This document shows, in pieces, positions 30,498 to 40,395 of a DNA stretch of 64,000 nt. This stretch comes from Candidatus Scalinduaceae bacterium (GTDB lineage Bacteria; Planctomycetota; Brocadiia; Brocadiales; Scalinduaceae). Positions within the stretch are counted from its first letter, which is position 1; the number at the start of each line of letters is the position of its first letter. The notes under the pieces are model-generated. The model saw only the letters and a program-made list of their open reading frames with translations. It searched no databases and was not told the origin of the DNA. The stretch lies in contig JBHICG010000005.1 of assembly GCA_046759445.1 (NCBI GenBank), forward strand, positions 40,352-104,351, written 5' to 3'. The translations under genes were made by a program, and so were the position numbers.

Positions 30498-31792
30498 TGA
30501 TCAAGAATTCTCATAATCTAAGGACACGAGTTGCAGTTCGCGAAGTACATATTGAGCAACTAGAAAGCGGTCTTGTAAACCTTGAGGGGTACCAGCGTGC
30601 GCTAGTCGTATTCCGGTGGCGAGGTGCTGTAGTAGGACAGGCCTGGCTGTCTGTAATGGGTGGACATATCCATTCTGAGAGGCTCCGTGCATGCCTTCCA
30701 TCAGTTGCCTGGCCTGTTTGGCAACAACTATTCCTTCAAGAGAGGGATTCCGCAAAATCATTGCCTACTGCTTCGATAGTGGTTTGTACCCGTGATCGCA
30801 CAGAAGAACTTGCGCAGTGTTTGCCAGGACTACACAAATTAGCGGAACAAGGTCATGAAGTGATTGTTGTAGATAGCTGTCCCAGTGACGATAGTACTGC
30901 ACGGTTGCTAGCCAACTATCAGAAGTTCCGCTACGTACTTGAACCACGACCTGGGCTCAATATTGCCCGTAACCGTGGATTGCAGAATTCTACGAGCGAG
31001 ATTGTAGCATTTACCGATGATGATGCACAAGTTGACTCTGGTTGGCTACCAGCTTTGTTGCAAAATTTTGATGACCCAATAGTGGCAATTGTAACTGGAA
31101 TTACAATGCCATTAGAGTTGGAAACCGAAGCGCAGCAATGGTTTGAGTGGACTAATGGTTTTGGGTGTGGTTTTATACGTAAACAGTTTGACACTACAAA
31201 TTCGAGTGTTTTTGCGGCTGGGGGTGTAGGTGCGGGGGTTAACATGGCTATCCGCCGCAGTGCCATTGAACATATTGGTTTGTTCGATAATTCTCTTGAT
31301 TGCGGTACGCTCTCCCGAACCGGTGGTGACCAAGAGTACTTTTATCGTACCTTGTCACGTGGTTATCGCATAGTTTACGAGCCTGCTGCTTTAGTATGGC
31401 ATCGACATCGCAGAGAATGGAGTGCTTTGCGAAATTGCATTTATGGCTATGGAGTTGGTTTATTTGCATGGTGGACACGTTGCCTGTTAGTGGAAAAAGA
31501 ATTCACACTGTTGAAGGTAGCACCAAGTTGGTTTTGGCAGCATCACGTTCGAAACCTTGTGAGAGCATTGCTGAAGCGTCCTGGACACTTACCGCTAGAC
31601 CTTGCATTGTCCGATTTTTTTGGGGCGCTGACAGGCCCAATCAACTATATACGATCTAGACGTAAGATGAGAAGTCTAGAATATACCGAAGAGATGAGCC
31701 AGAAAACTACCTTGGGGTTCAACAAAATATCCATTCCTGCAACAAGCCAGGTACGTATAAAACCTTTAGTGCAAAACATTAAAGTACAATGA
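30497..31792 (+). CDS. Glycosyltransferase family 2 with N-terminal accessory domain
   Basis: SIVVCTRDR, GLNIARNRG, FTDDD and GVNMAIRR motifs. Confidence 0.9.
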   Translation: MIKNSHNLRTRVAVREVHIEQLESGLVNLEGYQRALVVFRWRGAVVGQAWLSVMGGHIHSERLRACLPSVAWPVWQQLFLQERDSAKSLPTASIVVCTRDRTEELAQCLPGLHKLAEQGHEVIVVDSCPSDDSTARLLANYQKFRYVLEPRPGLNIARNRGLQNSTSEIVAFTDDDAQVDSGWLPALLQNFDDPIVAIVTGITMPLELETEAQQWFEWTNGFGCGFIRKQFDTTNSSVFAAGGVGAGVNMAIRRSAIEHIGLFDNSLDCGTLSRTGGDQEYFYRTLSRGYRIVYEPAALVWHRHRREWSALRNCIYGYGVGLFAWWTRCLLVEKEFTLLKVAPSWFWQHHVRNLVRALLKRPGHLPLDLALSDFFGALTGPINYIRSRRKMRSLEYTEEMSQKTTLGFNKISIPATSQVRIKPLVQNIKVQ

Positions 31793-33051
31793 ATCAGTTA
31801 CCAATTCTTAGTATTGTTGTTCCTACTCACAACCGTAGTACTTTGCTGTTAAAAAACCTAAAGGCTTTGAGTCAACAGCCATGGCCAGTTAATAAGTTTG
31901 AGGTAGTGGTGGTAGCCGACACATGTTATGACGACACGGCTGAGAAGGTAGTTGCTTATTCAAAACAAGCACCTTATCAGTTACGTCTGCTGAGTCATAA
32001 CCTCAGAAGTGCTGCCGCTACCAGAAATCTTGGCGCAGCCAATGCCCATGGTAATGTGCTTCTTTTTCTAGACGACGATGTTATCGCAAGGCCAGAATTG
32101 GTAAGTGCACATATGGATGCGCAACACCAGGATGGGATTGTGTTAGGTTATTCTAAACCGATACTTCCTGATGAGCCAAGTTGGTGGCAATATGATGCAC
32201 GTCGTTGGTGGGAAGATACTTTTAGAGAAGTAGGACGACCTGGTCATAGATTTTATTATCGTGATTTCTTTAGTGGAAACGTATCAATGTCTGTAGAACT
32301 ATTCAACAAAGTAGGTGGTTTTGATACTAGGATTACCGGAAGACTCGAAGATTATGAGCTTGGTTTCCGATTAATAAAGTCTGGAGCTACTTTCCATTTT
32401 GAGAAAAATGCAATTGGTTTCCATTATGACAACACAGATCTCCAACATTGGTTGAGACGCATTAAGGAGGAAGGAGCAGCTGATGTGTTAATGGGTCAAC
32501 GCCATCCTGAACTACGAAATATTTTATTTGGTAATTTCGACAACCCCTCGGATCTACGACTACGCTTCATACGGAAATTAGTTTTTTTATCCATATTACG
32601 TGATAATCGGTTTGTTAGACTTCTATTATATCTTGCATCAATATCTGAACGATTGCGACTGCGAGGCCTTTGGCGAAATATTGTAGGGACGCTAAGGGAA
32701 TATAATTATTGGAGTGGAGTAACAGCAGCTATTGGTGGTAAACACTCATTAGCTGCTTGGCTTCAGGAAGCACCAATGCCACCAGCTATTGAAAGCAATG
32801 CACCTATTATAGATTTAGGTAAGCCGTATCGTAAGGGTGTTTTACAAGGATTGCTGAAACGAGCTACCAGTTTGGGATTACGCTTAGACTTGGAAGGGAT
32901 AGAGGTTCTGACTATACCACCACAGCCCGGTATGGAGCCTCTTAAGAAGGAACATATCGATAGCGCATTACAGGAATTATCAAAACAACAATTTGTTCCA
33001 GCACTGGCGCTGCACCTGATTCGTTCGACCATGGGAGGGGTCTTACTATGA
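31789..33051 (+). CDS. Glycosyltransferase family 2 with C-terminal accessory domain
   Basis: SIVVPTHNR, FLDDD and EDYELGFRL motifs. Confidence 0.9.
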   Translation: MNQLPILSIVVPTHNRSTLLLKNLKALSQQPWPVNKFEVVVVADTCYDDTAEKVVAYSKQAPYQLRLLSHNLRSAAATRNLGAANAHGNVLLFLDDDVIARPELVSAHMDAQHQDGIVLGYSKPILPDEPSWWQYDARRWWEDTFREVGRPGHRFYYRDFFSGNVSMSVELFNKVGGFDTRITGRLEDYELGFRLIKSGATFHFEKNAIGFHYDNTDLQHWLRRIKEEGAADVLMGQRHPELRNILFGNFDNPSDLRLRFIRKLVFLSILRDNRFVRLLLYLASISERLRLRGLWRNIVGTLREYNYWSGVTAAIGGKHSLAAWLQEAPMPPAIESNAPIIDLGKPYRKGVLQGLLKRATSLGLRLDLEGIEVLTIPPQPGMEPLKKEHIDSALQELSKQQFVPALALHLIRSTMGGVLL

Positions 33052-34259
33052 AAATAAAATTTACAGAGATAGATCTTAAGAAGCCATTGCAACCAATTTA
33101 TGTTGATACGAGGTATAGTCGTCTCTTTGTACTTGTGTGTTGGGGCTATTTACCAATTGGAATGTTTCAGTTGGCATGCCAACCCAACTTACGCACTTTT
33201 AGTGTTGAGCAATTGCAGAATGAAATTCTTAAATTCGTTGGCTGGCAACTATGGGAACAAGCCGTTGCAGGTACTCTGAATGATTTAAAAGGAGGTACAG
33301 CTCAATCATTTCCACCAATCAGTGTAGTGGTTTGTACACGTGATCGTGCCCTATCATTAGAGCGCTGTCTTCAGGCGCTGGCAGATCTAGATTATCCTAA
33401 TTACGAGGTTGTGGTTGTCGACAACTGTTCTCAAGATAAAGAGGTGAGAGAGGTTGTAAATCGAAGAGGTTTTCACTATGTTCGCGAAGACAAATCTGGA
33501 CTTAATTGGGCGCGAAATAGAGGCATCAAAGAAGTAAAATTTAATATTATTGCTTACATTGACGATGATGCGCTAGCCGCTCGTGGCTGGTTACGTGGTA
33601 TAGCAAAGGGGTTCGAGGACCCGGATGTTATGGTTGTGACCGGCATGGTCCTTTCTAGTGAGTTTGAAGCATTAGCCCAAATTGCTTTTGAAAGCTATGG
33701 TGGAATGAGCAAAGGTTTTATAGGACATAAGATTAAGCGAGATGAACTTAGTAAACGAGATTTATTCTGGGCTAGCAACTGGGGAGTTGGGGCAAATATG
33801 GCTTTCAGACGTACCTTGTTTGAAGCTATCGGCAATTTTGATGTTGCATTAGACGTCGGGACACCCACCAATGGTGGTGGTGATGTTGAATTTTTCTACC
33901 GAGCCGTTGCAGTGGGATATACTCTCTGTTATGAGCCGATTGCAATGGTTCAACACGTTCATCGGAGAGATAATGCAGCACTCATGCGGCAAGTTTACAA
34001 TAACGGCCGCTCTTTTGCTACTTACTTGCTAACTATAGTTCGTAATGAGCCGTATAGGTGCTTCGAAATATTGTGGTTTGCGCTACGCTGGTGGATATGG
34101 GATTGGCAGCTTCGAAGACTATTCATCGGTATTATTAAGCGTGACAGAGAGACACTGCGATTGGCTCTTACAGAATTAAAAGGATGCTCATCGGCACCAT
34201 GGGCATATTGGAAATCTCGGAAGATAGCATTGCTGTTAATGAAGGACAATCATTTATAG
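33048..34259 (+). CDS. Glycosyltransferase family 2 with N-terminal accessory domain
   Basis: SVVVCTRDR, GLNWARNRG, YIDDD and GANMAFRR motifs. Confidence 0.9.
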   Translation: MKIKFTEIDLKKPLQPIYVDTRYSRLFVLVCWGYLPIGMFQLACQPNLRTFSVEQLQNEILKFVGWQLWEQAVAGTLNDLKGGTAQSFPPISVVVCTRDRALSLERCLQALADLDYPNYEVVVVDNCSQDKEVREVVNRRGFHYVREDKSGLNWARNRGIKEVKFNIIAYIDDDALAARGWLRGIAKGFEDPDVMVVTGMVLSSEFEALAQIAFESYGGMSKGFIGHKIKRDELSKRDLFWASNWGVGANMAFRRTLFEAIGNFDVALDVGTPTNGGGDVEFFYRAVAVGYTLCYEPIAMVQHVHRRDNAALMRQVYNNGRSFATYLLTIVRNEPYRCFEILWFALRWWIWDWQLRRLFIGIIKRDRETLRLALTELKGCSSAPWAYWKSRKIALLLMKDNHL

Positions 34260-34451
34260 ATGATTAATAGCTCACATCTAAAACATGCAAACTAATATAG
34301 ATAAGATGCGGTCTACATATAATCAGAAGACGTTTGTGAAATTTGTTTTCAGTTCTAAAATAACGAAATTACCATAAAAACTCTGATACACAATAAAACA
34401 ATAAATTATCACTTTTGAAATAAGTTATTCCTGAAAGAGATTAACGGAGAA

Positions 34452-35297
34452 ATGAAAATGCATGAAATACAACTGGGATGGCCACCAGGCCACTTTTATT
34501 CACCAATTCCATCCATAGAAGAAGTAAAAATTAAAGAAAAAAAAATTTTCAACAATATTCCAAACAAAATTTCAGGAGTTAACTTAAACGAAGAAGGGCA
34601 ACTTAATTTATTACGTCAGCTTAAGAAATATTATGGCAATCAACCATTCGAAGCTTACAAAAAAGAAAAATTAAGATATTTCTTTGAAAACCCTAATTAC
34701 TCTTACGGAGAGGCTGTTATTTTACATTGTATGATTAGATACACACAACCAAAAAAAATTGTAGAGATTGGCTCAGGCTATTCCTCATGTGCAATTTTGG
34801 ATACAAATGAATTTTTTTTTGACAATGCTATTTCCTGCACCTTCATTGATCCTTATCCACAATTAATACAGTCCCTAATCAAGGATAGCGATATAGGTAA
34901 GATCGAAATTATTCAAAAGAATATTCAAGATGTCGAGATAGATAGGTTCTCGAAATTATCTGCAGGAGATATTCTTTTTATAGATTCTTCCCATGTTTCC
35001 AAGGTAAACAGTGACGTAAATCATATTTTTTTTGAAATCTTACCTTATATCAAGCGTGGTGTATATGTTCACTTCCATGATGTTGGATATCCTTTTGAAT
35101 ATCCGAAAGAATGGATATATGAAGGTAGAGCGTGGAATGAAGCCTATTTGTTGAGAGCATTTTTACAATATAACAACATATTTAAGATACAATTCTACAA
35201 TTCATTTTTAGCATGCATTTATAAAGACATCGTTAACGATAATATGCCTATATTTATGAAAAATCCAGGTACAAGTATCTGGATTCAAAAAATCTAA
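34452..35297 (+). CDS. Class I SAM-dependent methyltransferase (Methyltransf_24-like)
   Basis: PPGHFYSP, IVEIGSGYSS, LFIDSSH, VHFHD and WNEAYLL motifs. Confidence 0.85.
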   Translation: MKMHEIQLGWPPGHFYSPIPSIEEVKIKEKKIFNNIPNKISGVNLNEEGQLNLLRQLKKYYGNQPFEAYKKEKLRYFFENPNYSYGEAVILHCMIRYTQPKKIVEIGSGYSSCAILDTNEFFFDNAISCTFIDPYPQLIQSLIKDSDIGKIEIIQKNIQDVEIDRFSKLSAGDILFIDSSHVSKVNSDVNHIFFEILPYIKRGVYVHFHDVGYPFEYPKEWIYEGRAWNEAYLLRAFLQYNNIFKIQFYNSFLACIYKDIVNDNMPIFMKNPGTSIWIQKI

Positions 35298-35530
35298 ATC
35301 TAGTAAATATTCTGCCTGCAAAAGTGAGCAAACAATTTTGTGGAATCTCTAAATTGGACAATCCATCGGAGACACAGAAGGGATATGGTGGAGTATCTAA
35401 CGAGGAAGAGGAAATGGCAGCTAAACACTATCAATGTTCAAGGTAAAAATCTCTCTTTTTAGAAAGGTTTCTGGTAAATCCTAAGCTATTAGAGTTGGAA
35501 AAGTTATTACAGATTTTAAGGGGTTAATTA

Positions 35531-36322
35531 ATGAATGACGTAAAAATTGCTTATGAACCCGATCTTATACCACCGCTTAATCTGATGCGTGAGGAAGGCA
35601 TAGACGTTCTTGAAGATTGGTTTCGATGGGGTGAAGAGTGGAGTATGCTCCTGCGTGTTTACGGTGGAATAGCCATGAACAGCAAAATCCTTGAAATAGG
35701 CTGTGGGCTTGGACGAACCGCATTTCCTCTACGCTATATCCTGTCAACCGATGGCTCGTACGACGGATTTGAGATATGCCATAACAAGATTGAATTTCTG
35801 GAAAAACATTTTCATAAGGCATATCCAAACTTCCACTTTATTTGGTCTAATATTCACAATACTTACTACAATCCTCAAGGACAGATATGTGCTGCTGATT
35901 ATCGCTTCCCTTATTCGAATAACTCGTTTGATATTGTCTATGCAGCTTCAGTTTTTACACACATGTTACCCGAAGCAGCCGCAAATTATTTCCGGCAGAC
36001 GGCTCGGGTACTTAAGCCAAATGGTTGCTGTATCTTTTCCTTTTTCTTACTCGACAATTATCAACCTCGACAGTCACGTCCATTCAGATTTGCACATTCC
36101 AGATTTAATTTTGATTATTATTATGGTAACTACGGTGAAGATTTCGCTATCGCAGAACCAGAGAACCCTGAGCAGATGACGGCTTATAGCCTTCATTTAA
36201 TCGAACGCATTGCAACTCAGGCAGGCTTAAAACTGATAAGGACTTCTATGCCAGGTTGCTGGTCTGGTACTACATCAGCCTGGATCAGTGCACAGGACCT
36301 GGTAATCCTCAGAAAATACTGA
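35531..36322 (+). CDS. Class I SAM-dependent methyltransferase
   Basis: ILEIGCGLGR, FPY..NSFD, SVFTHM and RVLKPNG motifs. Confidence 0.88.
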   Translation: MNDVKIAYEPDLIPPLNLMREEGIDVLEDWFRWGEEWSMLLRVYGGIAMNSKILEIGCGLGRTAFPLRYILSTDGSYDGFEICHNKIEFLEKHFHKAYPNFHFIWSNIHNTYYNPQGQICAADYRFPYSNNSFDIVYAASVFTHMLPEAAANYFRQTARVLKPNGCCIFSFFLLDNYQPRQSRPFRFAHSRFNFDYYYGNYGEDFAIAEPENPEQMTAYSLHLIERIATQAGLKLIRTSMPGCWSGTTSAWISAQDLVILRKY

Positions 36323-36409
36323 TTGAAAACGAATGAAGCAAGCTTAAAGCGGAAGTCAATCTGTGGATATTTTTTGTAAATCTCATAAAAACAAATTACT
36401 GATATAATC

Positions 36410-37957
36410 ATGTTAATATCCTCAAAATGGTTTAAGAAGCAAATACTGATCTTTATGGTGATTTGTGGGGTACTAAGTTCTATTTATTACTTTAGCTGGT
36501 GGTTCGAACCAAATCGTCTTAAAAGTCCAGTATTTTTGGTATTTTTGGTTGTAGCGGTTATTTATTATCTTGTTCGAGTTTTCTCCGTTTGGTATATCTA
36601 CCTGCATGCTAAGCTTCCAGAGACCGTTGAGCCACCATCTGACCTTACGGTGGATGTATTCATCCCTACATACAACGAACCCCTCAGGCTAGTCGAACGT
36701 ACTCTGAAGGCTGCTATAGCTATACGTTATCCTCACCACACTTATCTCATTGACGATGGACACAAGACCGAATATCACCAACTAGCCAAAAGTTTAGGAG
36801 CACATTATCTATCTCGTCCTACAAATGAAGACAATAAAGCGGGAAACATTAACAATGCTCTGGCGCATTCAACTAGTGAATTTATTGCTATCTTTGATGT
36901 GGACCATATCCCGGCACCGGATTTTCTTGATCGCTCCCTGGGGCCTTTTAGTGATCCAAAAATCGGCTTCGTTCAGGTTATGCTCAGTCATTACAACCAG
37001 GGTGAGAGTTTCGTAGCCGATGGGGCCGCCGAGAGGAATGACAGCTTCTTTGGTGCACCGATGTTGGGGCTACATGGCTGTGATAACGCACACGCCTTCG
37101 GTAGTAACTGCATCTTGCGTCGCAAAGCTCTGGTATCTATCGGTGGATACAAACCAGGCTTATCTGAGGATTTAAATACATCTATTCATCTTCATGCAAA
37201 CGGTTGGCGTTCACATTACGTACCAGAGGTTTTAGCACAAGGACTTGAACCAGATGATCTAGAGTCCTTCTTCAAACAGCAATTCAAGTGGTCGAGTGGG
37301 GTTTTCACTGTTCTGAGGGATATCTATCCACGTCTGGCAAATCGCCTTAGTATGAAAATGAATATCTGCTACCTATGGCGGTTATCCTGTTACCTGGCTG
37401 GTCCAATGGTGGGCATACATTTACTGTTTACCATCCTAGTTCTATTCCAGGGTTCAGAGATTGCAACTTCTTATTTTGTAGATTATCTGATACATGGGTC
37501 ACCATTTGTCATCATGTCCACCATCATCACATATTTTGTGAACAAAAACTACCGCACAGCTCCATTATCTCACGCTAAAATACCATTGTGTGGCTTGTTC
37601 CTGGCCTATGGTACCTGGCCGGTTTATACATTGTCTTTCATCTATTCACTTTTCGGTATTAAAGTTCCCTTTATTGCTACGCCCAAAGAAGCCAAAGGTG
37701 GCAACTTCCTGAAACTCATCCATCCACAAATCATCACCGTGATATTACTAATCGCAGCTATCATCTGGAGATTATATCAGGGCATTGATTATTCCTGTAT
37801 GTTTATCATCTCTTTCGCCTTGTTACAAGTTTTCATGCATGGTGGAATCTTCTATGCCGTGTATGAGGGGTGGCACAAGTGTTTTCAAGTTAAAACAGTC
37901 AGATTGCACACTCGGCTACCCGTCAAAGTTGAGCATCCCTACACCATTGTTAATTAA
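36410..37957 (+). CDS. Membrane-embedded processive GT2 (cellulose-synthase-like)
   Basis: VDVFIPTYNE, DDG, KAGNIN, FDVD, SED and QQFKW (QxxRW variant) motifs; multiple TM helices. Confidence 0.87.
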   Translation: MLISSKWFKKQILIFMVICGVLSSIYYFSWWFEPNRLKSPVFLVFLVVAVIYYLVRVFSVWYIYLHAKLPETVEPPSDLTVDVFIPTYNEPLRLVERTLKAAIAIRYPHHTYLIDDGHKTEYHQLAKSLGAHYLSRPTNEDNKAGNINNALAHSTSEFIAIFDVDHIPAPDFLDRSLGPFSDPKIGFVQVMLSHYNQGESFVADGAAERNDSFFGAPMLGLHGCDNAHAFGSNCILRRKALVSIGGYKPGLSEDLNTSIHLHANGWRSHYVPEVLAQGLEPDDLESFFKQQFKWSSGVFTVLRDIYPRLANRLSMKMNICYLWRLSCYLAGPMVGIHLLFTILVLFQGSEIATSYFVDYLIHGSPFVIMSTIITYFVNKNYRTAPLSHAKIPLCGLFLAYGTWPVYTLSFIYSLFGIKVPFIATPKEAKGGNFLKLIHPQIITVILLIAAIIWRLYQGIDYSCMFIISFALLQVFMHGGIFYAVYEGWHKCFQVKTVRLHTRLPVKVEHPYTIVN

Positions 37958-38237
37958 TTCGAGTCTCCGTTCTATTCACATAGTCACAATATAATATTAC
38001 ACTGTAAAATCTCTTTTATTTACAAGTTTAGTTGTATTCGTATTAGCGGAAACAATGGAAAGTCTCCATTGGAGATTGCTAGTGTAAATACAAAAGGTGT
38101 AAATTGGGTCAAATTTTATCAAAAACAGTAACACTAAACGGACACGGTACTCATAATTTGTATATCCTGGGACGAAATGCCGAGTTCAAATACGAGAGGA
38201 TTGATGATATCTTCCTTTCAGCAGAAAATATCATCAA

Positions 38238-39902
38238 ATGTATTCAACAGTTATAAAATTTAAGATGAATAAAACCCAGAAGTTTCTGCTAAAGAATGAA
38301 AAACTATTTAAGCATTCTTTAATTGCTATTGGAGTCTCTTTGATTTTAATTGGGATCTTTGTTGATTTCTCCTGGTTGAAGGCAATTGCTGATTCTTATG
38401 CGGCAGATGGTATTTGCGAGCCTTGTAATATACTTAATCCGTCTTTTATGATTCTTCCTATTGGTGGAAGTGCCATAATCATATTTGCAATCAAATACCT
38501 TAATGACTTATTAAATAGAACAAACGACCTAAAGAAGATTCTTGGCTTGGCTATTTTTTTTGCACTTGTACTGTACTTAATGTCATCTCAGATTAGATAT
38601 TTCGATGATGATGAACATGAACATTTACACAAAGCATGGCTTTTACAAGAAAAAATAATTCCTTTCATCAGCGTAAACTCAATGCATACTCCCTTACTCG
38701 AGTGGCTTATTGTCTTATTTATGCAAATTACTGGAGAGTCAATAACCATTGTACAAACAATGAGGGTATTTATTTTTTTTGTTTCATGCTCTTCGTTGTG
38801 CCTAACATACATAATCATAAAAGAATTATTTCAATCCAAAATCAATGCATTGCTTGGAGTATTGCTAATAATAAGCAATCTAGTGTGGATCCATAAGTCT
38901 CCTGAAATCAGACCTGATAACATCATGCTTTTCTTTGTATTGCTTTCATTTTGGATTCTGATTAAATATTACAAAAATCCAAAAACCAAATACTTGTTTA
39001 TGTTTGGCTTGTGTGCTTTTTTATCTATGCTTGGAAAGCAAAATGCAGCTATTTTCTATTTTGCTTTAGGAGTAGTCTTTGGTTATGATGCTATTTTCAA
39101 GAGGAAATTATTGAATAAAAAAACAATTATTTTTGGAATAATCAGTGTGGTAATTTTATTTCAGATAGATGTTATACGGGAATTCTTCATGGTAAATATT
39201 ATGAGACACATAATACCAAATGAAAGTAAATTTTTACCGGACAAACTCTTAGCAAAAGTTTGGTTGTTTAATCCAGCAATATTTTTACTGTTCATTTTTC
39301 AGTTATTTTCTCCAATAAAGTTCGACAAGAAATACGATCTTTTTAAAAAATATTTGATTGGTGTTTCTTTTACATGTTTCGCATTTTTATTCTTTATGAA
39401 CTTTCCTTGGTTACAAGAAATGCTGGTAATGGTCGTATTTATGGGGATACTTGCCTCAAACATGCTTGCGGAAATAATACACAAATTAAACTGGAAATTG
39501 GGTTATATCCTTGTCGGCGCAATAATAATGCCTACTTTAATACTTACAACACACACTGTGTTGTTTAGGACATTTACCGATGATATAGAGACAACAAAAA
39601 CAATTCTGGAAATATCTAAAGGAGATGAACTTGTTTTTGATGCATACGGTAAAGCAATATTCAGGCATCATCCGTTAGACCCAAAACATCTTAAATATTC
39701 CTCAAAAAAATTTAACAGTTTATGTGAACTCAAGAAGAGTAATGTGAAATTTATAATAAAAGATTCTCGTGTTTACCCAAAACTACCGAAAGAAACATTG
39801 AACTGGTTTCAAGAAAATTTTATACAAACAAATGAAAATCCAAATATTTTTGTTCGAATCAATTATGCCTACAAAAAAAGCGAGCTGGTACGACCCCATT
39901 GA
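38238..39902 (+). CDS. GT-C fold glycosyltransferase (ArnT/PMT family)
   Basis: About 13 TM helices; DDDEHEH loop; EIRPD and GKQ motifs. Confidence 0.75.
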   Translation: MYSTVIKFKMNKTQKFLLKNEKLFKHSLIAIGVSLILIGIFVDFSWLKAIADSYAADGICEPCNILNPSFMILPIGGSAIIIFAIKYLNDLLNRTNDLKKILGLAIFFALVLYLMSSQIRYFDDDEHEHLHKAWLLQEKIIPFISVNSMHTPLLEWLIVLFMQITGESITIVQTMRVFIFFVSCSSLCLTYIIIKELFQSKINALLGVLLIISNLVWIHKSPEIRPDNIMLFFVLLSFWILIKYYKNPKTKYLFMFGLCAFLSMLGKQNAAIFYFALGVVFGYDAIFKRKLLNKKTIIFGIISVVILFQIDVIREFFMVNIMRHIIPNESKFLPDKLLAKVWLFNPAIFLLFIFQLFSPIKFDKKYDLFKKYLIGVSFTCFAFLFFMNFPWLQEMLVMVVFMGILASNMLAEIIHKLNWKLGYILVGAIIMPTLILTTHTVLFRTFTDDIETTKTILEISKGDELVFDAYGKAIFRHHPLDPKHLKYSSKKFNSLCELKKSNVKFIIKDSRVYPKLPKETLNWFQENFIQTNENPNIFVRINYAYKKSELVRPH

Positions 39903-39961
39903 CTGGAAATTAATTCTTCAAATAGCTCTATGTCTTTCTGGAATGACTTCACAGTCTTGAG

Positions 39962-40282
39962 GTAAGAAATGTGGTCATACCCAATACTGTTCTGCTCAGA
40001 CATTAATAATTTCTGCTTCTTTTTCTTCCTTCCATAAATACTCCTTCTAAGGTCATCTATCTGTGTTTTAGCTTCGTTGTTCTCAGCTTTTAATCTTGAA
40101 TTCTCTCTCTCAAGTACATTAACATAACTGCACATCCTTCTCTTATCACAATTTATACCCATTCCCTTGTTTTTCTTCATACTTGAATCTCTATAAGTTT
40201 GTCTCTGAATACTCTACATAACAGATAAACATACACCTTTTCCATCTTCCCATGGTAGATGTTATGAACTGCATTTCTTAAC
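39962..40282 (-). mobile_element. Internally deleted IS remnant, IS66-like
   Basis: Imperfect inverted ends gtaagaaatg / catttcttaac; encloses a coiled-coil fragment ...QIDDLRRSIYGRKK resembling the IS66 TnpC N-terminus. Confidence 0.4.
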
Positions 40283-40395
40283 ACTTCCTTACTTTTTAGC
40301 AATATGCTTTTTTAACTAATGTCCTTATATTATTATAGTATTTTTGTTGGTATAATATGTGAGTTGATAAAAATAAACCTCATAAGGAGGAAAAT

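Noticed and set aside
38048..38146. Possible transposase C-terminal remnant (GNNGKSPLEIASVNTKGVNWVKFYQKQ*)
   Set aside because: Too short to support without a database search.
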